Assembly (NCBI GenBank): GCA_964490075.1
Contig: CAZBBK010000014.1
Span: forward strand, 62,001 to 98,142
Direction of reading: 5' to 3'
Length of the DNA stretch: 36,142 nucleotides
Source of the DNA: an uncultured Gemmatimonadota bacterium
GTDB taxonomy: Bacteria > GCA-2686955
The notes beneath the pieces are model-generated. The model did no database searches. It had not been told where the DNA came from and saw only the letters and a program-made list of their open reading frames with translations. Of the stretch, positions 8,973-18,609 are shown piece by piece (position 1 is the stretch's first letter; every line of letters begins with the position of its first letter). The translations under genes and the position numbers were made by a program.

Positions 8973-10217
8973 GTGCACTACCTTCCCGATCTCGATCCTG
9001 AGCTGCACGCCGCCTTCCAGGCCGAGCTCGGGCGCCAACGCCACACGCTGGAGCTGATCGCTTCGGAGAACATGGTGCATCCGGCGGTGCTGGAGGCGGC
9101 CGGATCGATCATGACCAACAAGTACGCCGAGGGCTATCCCCACAAGCGCTACTACGGCGGCTGCGACCACGTCGACGCCGCCGAGGACTTGGCGCGGGAC
9201 CGGGCCTGTCTGCTCTTCGGCGCCGAGCACGCCAACGTGCAGCCACATTCCGGATCGCAGGCCAACATGGCGGCCTACCTGGCGCTGCTCGAGGTCGGCG
9301 ACCCGATCCTCGGCATGTCGCTCTCCGACGGCGGCCACTTGACGCACGGCCACCACGTCAACTTCTCCGGGCGTCTCTTCGACGTGAAGAGCTACGGAGT
9401 GGGGGAGGACGGGCGAATCGACTATGACGCAGTCGAGGCGCTCGCCACCGAGCACCGGCCGAAGATGATCGTGGCGGGGGCCTCGGCCTACGCGCGGGTC
9501 ATCGACTTCGAGCGTTTTCGCGCCATCGCCGACCAGGTCGAGGCGCTGCTCATGGTCGACATCGCCCACATCGCCGGGCTGGTCGCGGCCGGCATCCATC
9601 CCTCGCCGATCCCCTTCGCCGAGGTGGTCACCTCGACCACCCACAAGACCTTGCGGGGGCCGCGCGGAGGGCTGATCCTGACGCGCGAGAAGCATGCGTC
9701 AGAGATCGACAAAACGGTCTTTCCAGGAATCCAGGGAGGGCCGCTGATGCACGTGATCGCGGCCAAGGCGGTGGCCTTCAAGATGGCCTTGCAAGACGAT
9801 TTCCGGCACTACATGACGCAGGTGGTGGCGAACGCGCAGGCGCTCGCGGCGGGGTTGATCGAGCGCGGCTTCACGGTCGTCTCCGGCGGCACCGATACCC
9901 ACCTCTTCCTGGTAGATTTGACGCCGCTCGGCAACATCTCCGGCAAGAAGGCCGAACGCCTCCTGCACCAGGCGGGAATCACCACCAACAAGAACACGGT
10001 GCCCGGCGAGAAGCGCTCGCCCTTCGTCACCAGCGGCCTCCGGATCGGCACCCCGGCGCTCACCACGCGCGGCATGGGCGAGGCGGAGATGCGCGTCATC
10101 GCCGACCTGATCGCCGAGGTGATCGACAGCCGCGGAGACGCAGAGGTCGAAGGCCGCACGCGGACGCGGGTGCGGGAGCTCTGCGACGCCTTCCCAATGT
10201 ACGGAGAGCTCGACTGA
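8973..10217 (+). CDS. glyA: Serine hydroxymethyltransferase
   Basis: [45 protein letters not shown]-lysine motif [21 protein letters not shown]. Confidence 0.98.
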   Translation: MHYLPDLDPELHAAFQAELGRQRHTLELIASENMVHPAVLEAAGSIMTNKYAEGYPHKRYYGGCDHVDAAEDLARDRACLLFGAEHANVQPHSGSQANMAAYLALLEVGDPILGMSLSDGGHLTHGHHVNFSGRLFDVKSYGVGEDGRIDYDAVEALATEHRPKMIVAGASAYARVIDFERFRAIADQVEALLMVDIAHIAGLVAAGIHPSPIPFAEVVTSTTHKTLRGPRGGLILTREKHASEIDKTVFPGIQGGPLMHVIAAKAVAFKMALQDDFRHYMTQVVANAQALAAGLIERGFTVVSGGTDTHLFLVDLTPLGNISGKKAERLLHQAGITTNKNTVPGEKRSPFVTSGLRIGTPALTTRGMGEAEMRVIADLIAEVIDSRGDAEVEGRTRTRVRELCDAFPMYGELD

Positions 10218-10218
10218 G

Positions 10219-10674
10219 ATGCGCTGCCCGTTCTGCTCCAGCGACGCCGACAAGGTGGTCGAAACGCGGGGTGCGCGCAACCAGAACGCGATACGCCGGC
10301 GCCGCGAGTGCACCGCCTGCCAGCGCCGCTTCACCACCTACGAATCGGTCGATCTGACCCCTCTGCGGGTGATCAAGCGCGACGGCGGGCGTGAGGGCTA
10401 CGACCGCGAGAAGCTGCGCCGCGGAGTGCGCACCGCCTGCGTCAAGCTGCCGATTCCGAGCGCCGAGATCGATGCCCTGGTGGCGCGCGTGGAGGGGCGG
10501 CTGCACAACGCGCTCGGGGGCGAGGTGGCCTCCGACGAGATCGGCGCGGCCGCGCTGCGCGAGCTGGCGGCGCTCGATCCGGTCGCCTACATCCGCTTCG
10601 CCTCGGTCTATCGGCGCTACCGCGACCTGCGGGAGTTCATGGACGAGGTGGACGCCTGCCTGAAGAGTTCGTGA
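10219..10674 (+). CDS. nrdR: Transcriptional repressor NrdR
   Basis: MRCPFC...IRRRRECTACQRRFTTYE zinc ribbon; ATP cone VIKRDG...VAYIRFASVYR. The glyA-nrdR order is common. Confidence 0.97.
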   Translation: MRCPFCSSDADKVVETRGARNQNAIRRRRECTACQRRFTTYESVDLTPLRVIKRDGGREGYDREKLRRGVRTACVKLPIPSAEIDALVARVEGRLHNALGGEVASDEIGAAALRELAALDPVAYIRFASVYRRYRDLREFMDEVDACLKSS

Positions 10675-11957
10675 TTCCACCCGACGAGCACGACGCCGAG
10701 CCGGAGGGAACGGCCGCGGGGGCCGGCGAAGGGCCGGAGGCCGGGGCAGCGGGCGACGCGGCGGCCGACCCGGCGGCCGATCCGGCGGCGCTGCCGGTCG
10801 AGTCGAGCGGGTCGCGACCGCGCAGCGCGCCCTTGCCGAGCACGAAGCGGCGCGAGGCGGCTCCGCCGGCGCCGTTCGAGGACGGGGGGGAGGCGCCCGA
10901 GCCCGGGGAGATGTCGTTCCTGGACCACCTGGAGGAGCTGCGGCGGCGGCTCTTCGTGGTGGTGCTCGCGGTGGCGCTGGGGACCGGGCTCGGCTACGTG
11001 ATCGCCCCGCAGGTGTTCGAAGTGGCGATCGGCCGGCTGCCCCAGACGCTCGAGCAGGGGCCGCTCGGCGGTGGGTTGCGGGCCTGGGTGGCGAAGCTGA
11101 CCGGCGACCTGATCGAGTCCGAGGAGGAAGAGGAGCCGAGCGCCGCGGACCGGGCGGTGGCGGACCGCGAAGATGCGCAGGCGGACCGCGAAGATGCGCA
11201 GGCGGACCGCGAAGATGCGCAGGCGCGCGATGACGCGGCTGCGCGGCTCGATGCGCTGCTCGAGGCCGCGTTGCAGGGCGACACTGGCGCGCGTCGCGAG
11301 CTTCCTGGGGCGATCGCGGCTTTGGCACGGGCCGAAGCCGACGCCGCTCTGAGGCGGGCGCGCCTCGACGCATCGCCCGCGGCCGACCCGCCCGCGGAGC
11401 TGATCGTGACGACTCCGGCGGGAGCGATCCTCACCAAGCTCAAGGTTGCGGTGTTCGTCGGCATCGTGCTCTCGGTCCCGGTGATCGTCTACCAGGCGTG
11501 GATGTTCGTGGTGCCCGGTCTGGTCGCCAAGGAGCGCCGCATCGCCACCTTCCTGGTCGTTCCGACCACCCTCTGTTTCGCCTTGGGGGTTTACTTCTCC
11601 TATCGCATACTCCCCCTCATCACTGCCTTCCTCAGCTCCGTGAGCGCGGAGTTGGGGGTCGAGCAGCGCTGGATCGCCGACGACTATCTGGGCTTTGTGC
11701 TCAAGTTGATGTTGGTCGGTGGGGTATCGTTCCAGCTTCCGGTCGTCTCCTTCGGCCTTGCCAGCCTGGGGATCATCGGACCATCGACACTCCGCCGCCA
11801 TCGACGACTGGCGGTGGTGATCATCCTGGTCGCCGCGGCGACCTTCACGCCGCCCGACCCGCTCTCCATGATCTTCATGGGGTTGCCGCTGCTCTTGCTC
11901 TACGAGATATCGATCGGAGTGGCCGCGCTGGCGCGCCGCCGCGCTCAGGAAACGTGA
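10671..11957 (+). CDS. tatC: Twin-arginine translocase subunit TatC with N-terminal extension and periplasmic insertion
   Basis: EMSFLDHLEELRRRL, YQAWMFVVPGL..KERR, FQLPVV, FTPPDPLSM..PLLLLYEISI. GTGA overlap with nrdR; exact start uncertain. Confidence 0.93.
   Translation: MIPPDEHDAEPEGTAAGAGEGPEAGAAGDAAADPAADPAALPVESSGSRPRSAPLPSTKRREAAPPAPFEDGGEAPEPGEMSFLDHLEELRRRLFVVVLAVALGTGLGYVIAPQVFEVAIGRLPQTLEQGPLGGGLRAWVAKLTGDLIESEEEEEPSAADRAVADREDAQADREDAQADREDAQARDDAAARLDALLEAALQGDTGARRELPGAIAALARAEADAALRRARLDASPAADPPAELIVTTPAGAILTKLKVAVFVGIVLSVPVIVYQAWMFVVPGLVAKERRIATFLVVPTTLCFALGVYFSYRILPLITAFLSSVSAELGVEQRWIADDYLGFVLKLMLVGGVSFQLPVVSFGLASLGIIGPSTLRRHRRLAVVIILVAAATFTPPDPLSMIFMGLPLLLLYEISIGVAALARRRAQET
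11160..11222 (+). repeat. Perfect 21-bp tandem repeat x3 encoding (ADREDAQ)3 in tatC
   Basis: GCGGACCGCGAAGATGCGCAG at 11160, 11181 and 11202. Confidence 0.95.
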
Positions 11958-11960
11958 GAC

Positions 11961-12992
11961 ATGTTGAAGACCGATTCTCCCTTCGGAGTGATCGACGCCC
12001 AGCTTGCCCGCTTCGAAGAGGCCTGGCTGGATGCGCTGACATCCGATATGCGTCTGATCCGTGAGATCTCGGGCCATCTGCGCCAGATGCGCGGCAAGCG
12101 CTTTCGCCCCGCGCTCACGATCCTCAGCGCGGGAGCGGATCTCGACGAAGCGGCGGCGGAGCGAGTGCTGACCGTGGCCCTGGTGGTGGAGATGATCCAC
12201 ACCGCCACGCTGATCCACGACGACATCATCGACCATTCGCTGCTGCGCCGCGGTTTGCCGACCATCAACGCGCGCTGGAACCGCAAGACCGCGGTGCTGA
12301 TGGGCGACTATCTCTTTGCCCGTGCCTTCTCCACCATGGTGCACGAGACGACGCCCACGGTGGTGACCATCATGGCCGACGTGACCTACGAGCTGTCTCA
12401 GGGGGAGCTGATCCAGGAGCAAGTGATCTTCCAGCCCGGCCTCGGCGAGCAGGAGTACTTCGGCCTGATCGACCTCAAGACCTCGGCGCTGATCGGCGCG
12501 GCCTGCGAGATCGGCGCCGCGGTGACCGGTGCGCCGCCCACCGAGCAGGTGCGGCTGCGGCGCTTCGGCCGGCGCCTTGGCCTGGTCTATCAGATCGTCG
12601 ACGACATCCTCGACTTCGCCGGCGAGGAGGAGCGACTGGGCAAGCCGGTGCACTGCGATCTGGCCCAGGGAAAGGTGACATTGCCCCTGATCTGGGCCTA
12701 CCAGAGCGCCTCCGAGGCGGAGCGAGCACACGTCGACACCCTCTTCCGCGACGGTCTGGCGCGCCGCGAGGGCGGCGATGGACAGGTGAAGGCGGCGCGG
12801 GAGCGTCTGCCGGAGGTCCCCTGGCACGAGGTGGAAGAGATCGTGGCGCGTCACGATGGCGTCGGTCTGGCCCGCGCTCGAGTGGCGTCGATCGCCGAGC
12901 AGGCACGACTCGATCTGCACGAGCTGGAGAGCGAGGAGCTGGCCGCCAGGCTGGAGCCGATGCTCGACTTCGTCATCTCGCGAGATCGTTAG
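11961..12992 (+). CDS. Long-chain polyprenyl diphosphate synthase (IspB/HepT-like)
   Basis: GKRFRP, EMIHTATLIHDDIID..LRRG, AVLMGDYL, KTSAL, YQIVDDILD, LGKP..DLAQGKVTLP. Confidence 0.94.
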   Translation: MLKTDSPFGVIDAQLARFEEAWLDALTSDMRLIREISGHLRQMRGKRFRPALTILSAGADLDEAAAERVLTVALVVEMIHTATLIHDDIIDHSLLRRGLPTINARWNRKTAVLMGDYLFARAFSTMVHETTPTVVTIMADVTYELSQGELIQEQVIFQPGLGEQEYFGLIDLKTSALIGAACEIGAAVTGAPPTEQVRLRRFGRRLGLVYQIVDDILDFAGEEERLGKPVHCDLAQGKVTLPLIWAYQSASEAERAHVDTLFRDGLARREGGDGQVKAARERLPEVPWHEVEEIVARHDGVGLARARVASIAEQARLDLHELESEELAARLEPMLDFVISRDR

Positions 12993-13019
12993 CGCGGGCA
13001 ATCGGGAAGAGAACGCACC

Positions 13020-13295
13020 ATGGCGCTGCGCAGCCAGAAGAAGCCGCTCGGACTGGTGGTCCTGGTGCTCGTGCTGGGCATGCTGATGGGCAGCCTGATG
13101 GGAGAGCTGATCAGCGAGTTCATGGTCGACGGCGTGGTGAAGGACTTCTTCACCCGCTCGATCGCGCCGGGCTTTTCGCCGAGCACCCTCGACCTGGTGG
13201 TGCTGCGGCTGACCTTCGGGCTGACCTTGAAGCTCAATGTGATCAGCGTCGTGGGCGTGGCGCTGGCGGCCTACCTCCTGAGATGGTACGAATGA
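13020..13295 (+). CDS. Small membrane protein, DUF4321-like
   Basis: 91 aa with two hydrophobic segments and the pattern LGMLMGSLMGEL...LDLVVLRLTFGLTLKLNVISVVG. Confidence 0.75.
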   Translation: MALRSQKKPLGLVVLVLVLGMLMGSLMGELISEFMVDGVVKDFFTRSIAPGFSPSTLDLVVLRLTFGLTLKLNVISVVGVALAAYLLRWYE

Positions 13296-14512
13296 GGCAG
13301 TGCGCGATCATCACCGTGCTGGCGGCGGCGCTGGCGGCCGGCTGCGCCGACACCGCGGGCGATCTGCCCACCGGCTTCACCGATCGCGGCGGGCTCGAGC
13401 GCCAGGTCGCATCGATCTCGCTGCGGCCGATCCGCCACGCCTCGCTGGTTGGGGAACGGGCCAACGGCAACGCCTTCGCGGCCCACGTCGGCGAGCGCGA
13501 CGGGGTGCGCGCGGCGGCGATCTTCCACTTCCCGCTGGCTGACAGCGCGGGCCTGCCCTACCTGGCCGAGGGCGACACTCTGCTCGAAGCCAGTCTCTCC
13601 TTCACCACGCTGCGCCGGCGGCCGCTCGATTCCGACCAACGGGTCGAGCTCTGGGCGGTCTGCGAGCCCTGGGACGAAGACAGCCTGCTGACCGCCGAGG
13701 AGCTGGCGCCGACCCTCATCGACGAGCTGATCTGCACCGGCGAGCCTCTGGGGGAGATGAGCTTCGCCGGCGGGGACACCGCCACCGCCACGCTGCCGGT
13801 GGCGCTCGAGCAGGTGCGGAGCTGGATGGACGACCCCGAGGGGAACCTGGGGGTGGCGCTGCTGCCGGTGGGCGAGGCCGCGATGAGCGCGGTGTCGTCG
13901 ATCTCGGCCGCGGCGCCGGCTCGGCTCAGCCTGGTGGTGAGCGCGGCCGGCCGCAGCCGCATCTTCTCGATCACGCCTTCGCAGGACAGCTACGCCGTGG
14001 CGATCGCCGATCCCGATCTCTTCGCCGACCAGGACGACCGCTTCACGGTGCAGAACGGGTTGGCGCGACGCGGGCTGATCGAGTTCGACCTGGGCGTGGT
14101 GCCGGAGCGGGCCACGGTGCTCTCGGCACGGCTGGCGCTGATCCCCGACGCGGCGCGCACCTGGCGCTTCAACCCCGGCTTCGGGCTCGAGGTGCACGAG
14201 GCGAGCGCCGAGAACTGGGGCGGCGACTTCGCCAACCTGGAGGGCGAGGTGTTCCCGGGCACCACCGTCGACGTCTTCGATCTGAGCGAGCTCCTGCTCG
14301 ACAGCCTGGTGATGAACGTCCAGGTGCCGGTGCAGGGCTGGGTCAACGACCCGGCGAGCAACCAGGGTCTGCTCTTCCGCACCACCGCCGAGGTCGGCGA
14401 CGTCTCCTACGTCTCCTTCTTCGCCGGCGAAGCGGCGACCGACTCGCTGCCGCGCCTCGACATCCAATACGTGACGGCGCCCGAGAGCCGCTTCGGCGGG
14501 GGTGGGTCGTGA
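13292..14512 (+). CDS. Lipoprotein with two DNRLRE/DUF4270-like beta-sandwich repeats (BamH-like candidate)
   Basis: ATGA-coupled start, lipobox LAAGC. Two internal repeats: TLLEASLSF..VRSWMDDPEGNLGVAL..ARLSL and TVLSARLAL..VQGWVNDPASNQGLL..PRLDIQY. Confidence 0.75.
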   Translation: MRQCAIITVLAAALAAGCADTAGDLPTGFTDRGGLERQVASISLRPIRHASLVGERANGNAFAAHVGERDGVRAAAIFHFPLADSAGLPYLAEGDTLLEASLSFTTLRRRPLDSDQRVELWAVCEPWDEDSLLTAEELAPTLIDELICTGEPLGEMSFAGGDTATATLPVALEQVRSWMDDPEGNLGVALLPVGEAAMSAVSSISAAAPARLSLVVSAAGRSRIFSITPSQDSYAVAIADPDLFADQDDRFTVQNGLARRGLIEFDLGVVPERATVLSARLALIPDAARTWRFNPGFGLEVHEASAENWGGDFANLEGEVFPGTTVDVFDLSELLLDSLVMNVQVPVQGWVNDPASNQGLLFRTTAEVGDVSYVSFFAGEAATDSLPRLDIQYVTAPESRFGGGGS

Positions 14513-15744
14513 GAGTCCTATCTCTGCTCTTGCTCGCTGGCGCTGTGGCGCTGATGCCGCCGGCGCGCGGCGCGTCGATCTTTGCGCTGAACGGTCTGGG
14601 GGAGCCGGTGTCGCCGGCCGATGTGCGCGCGCTGGGAATGGGCGGGGCGACCATCGCGTTGGGCGAGGGCCGCAGCCTGTCGGCCCTCAACCCCGCCACC
14701 GCGCGGGCCGGGGAGGATGCGCTCTTGGGTGTGGAGCTGAGCCCGGGTCTGCTGCGCAGCGAAGGACCCGAGGCGGTTCTGAGCACCGAGGGCTTCGGCC
14801 TCGAAAAGGCCCGAGTGCTCTTCCCGATCGGAGGCGGAGGCACTCTGGCCTTCGGCCTGCACACCGTCGCCTCCTTCGACACCCCGCGCATCGAGACCGT
14901 GCTGGACGGCGGCGATAGCCTGATCTACCGGCGCTCGACTCAGTCGACGGGCAGCATCGCCGCGCTCGGTGGCGGCTGCGCCTTCGATCTCGGCGCGTTG
15001 ACCCTCGGCGTCCGCGGCGACTATCTCTTCGGCTCGGCCGTCGAGGAGTGGCGGGTGAGCTTCGAGGGTGACACCCTCTTCCACGATTCCTCGGGCCGCC
15101 CGGTGCCGATCCGCGACCAGCTCGACATGTGGCGCACCTCGATCCTCGGGGCACGGTTGGCGGCCGGCGTCCTGGTCCGCAGCACGCGCGTCGACTTCGG
15201 CCTCTTCGGCTCCTACTCGCCCTGGGCCGAGGGGGCCGAGCACTTCGAGGGGATCGCCTCGGGCAACGAAGCGCGCACCGAGCACAGCTACACGCTTCCG
15301 CTGGAGGCCGGGGTCGGCTTGAGCTGGCGACCGCTGCGGGGCCTGACTCTGGCCGCTGACGCCGAGCTCAGCACCTGGTCCGCCTTCGAGGTGGACGGTA
15401 GGACGCAGCCGGCGCTGGCCGACAGCCGGCGGCTGGCTGCCGGGCTGGAGTGGTACCTGGGCCGCGACGACACCTTCCTGGGCGCCAATCTGCCGCTGCG
15501 TCTCGGCGTGGCCCGGGCGCCTCTGCCCTGGCGCGTCGCCGGTCCCGGGGCCGAGTGGCGGCCGATCGGCGCCAGCCGCTTCACGCTCGGCACCGGATCG
15601 TCGTTCGCGCACGGCAAGGGCTGGGCCGACCTGGCCTTCGAATACATCGTTCGCGACCAGGCCGAGATCCGCGAGCGCGAGTACCGCTTCCACCTCTCGC
15701 TCGGCCTGATGGAGCACTGGATCCGGAAGCTCCCGGCTCGATGA
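14509..15744 (+). CDS. FadL-family outer-membrane beta-barrel (BamG-like candidate)
   Basis: Signal peptide ending ARG-A; N-terminal SIFALNGLGE..RALGMGG..LNPA; amphipathic strands; C-terminal FHLSLGLMEHWIRK. GTGA overlap with the upstream gene. Confidence 0.8.
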   Translation: MRVLSLLLLAGAVALMPPARGASIFALNGLGEPVSPADVRALGMGGATIALGEGRSLSALNPATARAGEDALLGVELSPGLLRSEGPEAVLSTEGFGLEKARVLFPIGGGGTLAFGLHTVASFDTPRIETVLDGGDSLIYRRSTQSTGSIAALGGGCAFDLGALTLGVRGDYLFGSAVEEWRVSFEGDTLFHDSSGRPVPIRDQLDMWRTSILGARLAAGVLVRSTRVDFGLFGSYSPWAEGAEHFEGIASGNEARTEHSYTLPLEAGVGLSWRPLRGLTLAADAELSTWSAFEVDGRTQPALADSRRLAAGLEWYLGRDDTFLGANLPLRLGVARAPLPWRVAGPGAEWRPIGASRFTLGTGSSFAHGKGWADLAFEYIVRDQAEIREREYRFHLSLGLMEHWIRKLPAR

Positions 15745-16910
15745 TCCCGATCCTGATCTACCACTCCATCAACGAGCCGCGCCCGGGTCATGTCTGGGCC
15801 CGCCTGTCGCTGCCGCCCGCGGTTTTCGAGGCGCAGATGGCCCACATTCGCCACGCCGGTTTGAACCCGATCGGCTTGCGCGAGGCCCACGCCGGGCTCA
15901 GCGAGCCGGGGGCTCTGCCGCCCCGGCCGGTGGTGGTCAGCTTCGACGACGGCTACCTCGACAACCACCTTTTCGCGTTGCCGATCCTGGAGCGTTACGA
16001 GATCCCGGCGACCCTCTTCGCGGCGACCGAATTCGTCGATCGCCGCGCCGGAGTGCGGTCAGGGGAGGGGGTGGCGCCGGGCTCCGAGGCATCCTACGGC
16101 TACCTCTGCTACGACGAGCTGCGGGCCATGGAGGCGACCGGCCTGGTGCGGGTGGAGTCCCACTCCACCACCCACGGCGAGATCGCAATCGGCCCCGAGA
16201 TCCTCGACTTCCACCATCCCGAAGGCGACGCCTACTGGATCCACTGGCAGCTCCAACCGGAGCGCAAGCCGGACTGGCTGACCTGCGACTACCGGCGCCA
16301 GATCCCCCTCGGCACACCGGTCTATCGCCATACCTACGCCATGGTGGGGCGTTGCTGGAGCCCGCCAGAGCAGGAGATCGAGGCCTGCCGCCAGGCGGTG
16401 CGCGAGAGCGGCGGTGGCGCGTTTTTCGAGCGTTCCGACTGGCGCAGGCGACTGCGCGAGATCGCCCTCGCGGCCGCACCCGCCGAGCGCGACGACCCTT
16501 CGCGGCGCGAGAGCGAAGCGGACTACCGCGCCCGGGTGCTGGCCGATCTGGGCGACTGCCGCGCGGAGCTGGCCCGCGAGCTCGGACACGAGGTGCGCTA
16601 CCTGTGCTGGCCCTGCGGCCTCTACGACGACACCACGCGCGCCCTGGCGGCCGAGGCGGGCTATGCCGCCACCTTGACCTGCGAGCAGTACAGCAACCAC
16701 CCCGGGCAGGATCCCGCGCTGCTCCATCGCCTCTACTTCGGTCAGGACGAGCGCTACCTGCGGATTCGCACCGATGCCCTGCTGAATCTCCGCTTCCGCG
16801 GCACCCTGCGCTCGGCCCACGGCCTGCGCTCGGGCAAGCTCATGACCGTGGCCGCCAATCGCGCCATGGCCCTGGTCGATGCCTGCGAGAGGCGCCGGCC
16901 TCCCAATTGA
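15741..16910 (+). CDS. Polysaccharide deacetylase (CE4/NodB) with large internal insertion
   Basis: ATG 15741 (ATGA overlap). IPILIYH, VVVSFDDGYLDN, ATLF, ESHSTTH, LCWPCG, AGY, LHR. No signal peptide. Confidence 0.9.
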   Translation: MIPILIYHSINEPRPGHVWARLSLPPAVFEAQMAHIRHAGLNPIGLREAHAGLSEPGALPPRPVVVSFDDGYLDNHLFALPILERYEIPATLFAATEFVDRRAGVRSGEGVAPGSEASYGYLCYDELRAMEATGLVRVESHSTTHGEIAIGPEILDFHHPEGDAYWIHWQLQPERKPDWLTCDYRRQIPLGTPVYRHTYAMVGRCWSPPEQEIEACRQAVRESGGGAFFERSDWRRRLREIALAAAPAERDDPSRRESEADYRARVLADLGDCRAELARELGHEVRYLCWPCGLYDDTTRALAAEAGYAATLTCEQYSNHPGQDPALLHRLYFGQDERYLRIRTDALLNLRFRGTLRSAHGLRSGKLMTVAANRAMALVDACERRRPPN

Positions 16911-17141
16911 CCCCTCCGTGGTTTGTCGGACGGCGTTATAAGTGAGTCGGGGGACGGCTCCCGCTGAAGTCTCGCGCTCGGACAGACGATCAGGAACGAG
17001 AGGTTCCGCAGGTCGGCGCGACCGCCCATGCGACGCATTGAATTCGGCGGAAAAGCCGTTCTGTCGTGCTAAACTCCTGGTTTTGCTCACTTCCGGTCTC
17101 CGCCATCCAGCCGCGCACGCGGCCCACGAGGCTTCCAAACC

Positions 17142-17858
17142 ATGACTGACTCTTCGGTCCCCCGTCGCGCGGCAGACCTGCGCGTCTTGGGCGATCCCGG
17201 GCGAGCGGGCGTCTCGCTGGCGCCCTTTCTCGGACCGGTGCGCGCTTCGGAGCAGTTCCAGGGTCAGCTCGAGTCCCTGCTGCAACGGCTCGGTCTGCAC
17301 CGCCTGGCCGGGGAGTCGCGGAGCATCGTTTTCTCGGGCGTCGACTCGGCGATCGGCACCACCACCATCGCGGTCGGGGTGGGCTGGATTCTGGCCACCC
17401 GGCACGCGCTGCCGACCGTGATCGTCGGCGCCGATCTGCGTCCCGCAGTAGGCAGCGAGGGCGGCGCCGCGAAGGCCGGGGTGCGCCAGGTTCTGAGCGG
17501 CGCGGCGTCGCTCGAATCCGCCCTGCAGCGCACCGAGTTCTCGGGCTTCGACGTGCTGCCGGCCGGCCACGGCGGAGCCGGTTTCGCGGGCGCCGACCTG
17601 GGCCATCTGTTGCGTTCGCTCGAGCGCAGCTACCGCGCGGTGCTGCTCGATACCGCGCCGGTGCTGGACTATCCCGAGACCGCCCTGCTCACCGCCGAGG
17701 CCCACGGCACGGTGCTGGTGGCGCGCCACCTGGCCTCCAGTCGCAAGCGCCTGGTGCAGGCCGGCACCCTGGTGCGCGGCAGCGGCGGCAGCCTGCGCGG
17801 CGTCGCCATCAACGGGATCGAAGAACCACTGCCCGCGTGGCTCGCGGCGCGGATCTGA
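17142..17858 (+). CDS. CpsD/CapB-family BY-kinase homolog with degenerate catalytic motifs
   Basis: Layout SIVFSG..GTTT / IVGADLR / VLPAG / VLLDTAPV / GTVLVAR / LRGVAIN. First gene of the EPS operon. Confidence 0.8.
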   Translation: MTDSSVPRRAADLRVLGDPGRAGVSLAPFLGPVRASEQFQGQLESLLQRLGLHRLAGESRSIVFSGVDSAIGTTTIAVGVGWILATRHALPTVIVGADLRPAVGSEGGAAKAGVRQVLSGAASLESALQRTEFSGFDVLPAGHGGAGFAGADLGHLLRSLERSYRAVLLDTAPVLDYPETALLTAEAHGTVLVARHLASSRKRLVQAGTLVRGSGGSLRGVAINGIEEPLPAWLAARI

Positions 17859-17868
17859 AAGGCGGCAG

Positions 17869-18609
17869 ATGCGAATCCGAGGGATCTTCTTGGCGCTCAC
17901 GCTGCTCGCCGGCTGCGGCGGGCGGCCCGGCCCGGTGGTCACCGGCCACCTGGGGAGCGCGGGGCCTCCGCCGAGCCCGGCGCCGCCCTACCTGATCCAG
18001 ACCGGCGACCTGCTCGGGGTGCGTTTTTTCCGCGCCCCCGATCTCAGCGCCGAGCACCGGGTGCGCCCCGACGGACGGATCACTCTGCCGCATATCGGCG
18101 ACGTGGTGGCCGAGGGGCTGTCGCCCGACGCCCTGCACGACATGATCGTGGCTCGCTACACGACGGTGCTGAAAGACCCCGAGCTGACCGTGGCGGTGCT
18201 GGAGTTCGAGCCGCCGACGGTCTACGTGGGCGGTCAGGTGGGTCGTCCCGGAATCTACGAGCACACGCGGGAGATGACCGCACTGCGCGCCGCGCTTGGC
18301 GCGGGGGGCTTCACCGACCAAGCGGCGCGCAGCCGGGTGGTGGTGATCCGAAACACCGGCGAGCGCACGCCCGAGTCCTTCGAAGTCGATCTGGAGCGCG
18401 CGGTGGAGGCGGCGGACGGCGCCTTCGATCCCTATCTCCAGGCGCAAGACATCGTGATCGTGCCGCGCAGCGGCGCGGCCTCCGCGGACCTCTTCGTCGA
18501 CCAGTACATCGATGGGATCCTCCCCGACCTGGTGGAGCGCGGATTCAGCTACGCCCTTGGCGTCCTGGCCGCGGACGAAGCCCGAAAGTGGCGTGATGAT
18601 AACCTCTAA
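17869..18609 (+). CDS. wza: Polysaccharide export lipoprotein (Wza/OPX family)
   Basis: Lipobox LLAGC; PES motif YLIQTGDLL..VRPDGRITLPHIGDVVAEG; SLBB VYVGGQVGRPG..AGGFT; LQAQDIVIVP. Confidence 0.92.
   Translation: MRIRGIFLALTLLAGCGGRPGPVVTGHLGSAGPPPSPAPPYLIQTGDLLGVRFFRAPDLSAEHRVRPDGRITLPHIGDVVAEGLSPDALHDMIVARYTTVLKDPELTVAVLEFEPPTVYVGGQVGRPGIYEHTREMTALRAALGAGGFTDQAARSRVVVIRNTGERTPESFEVDLERAVEAADGAFDPYLQAQDIVIVPRSGAASADLFVDQYIDGILPDLVERGFSYALGVLAADEARKWRDDNL

Noticed and set aside
16911-17141. Promoter or JUMPstart/ops element ahead of the EPS operon
   Set aside because: The TTGA boxes and -10-like hexamers are 24-26 bp apart. Only a lone TGCTAAACT extended -10 is present, and no GGCGGTAG ops element was seen.
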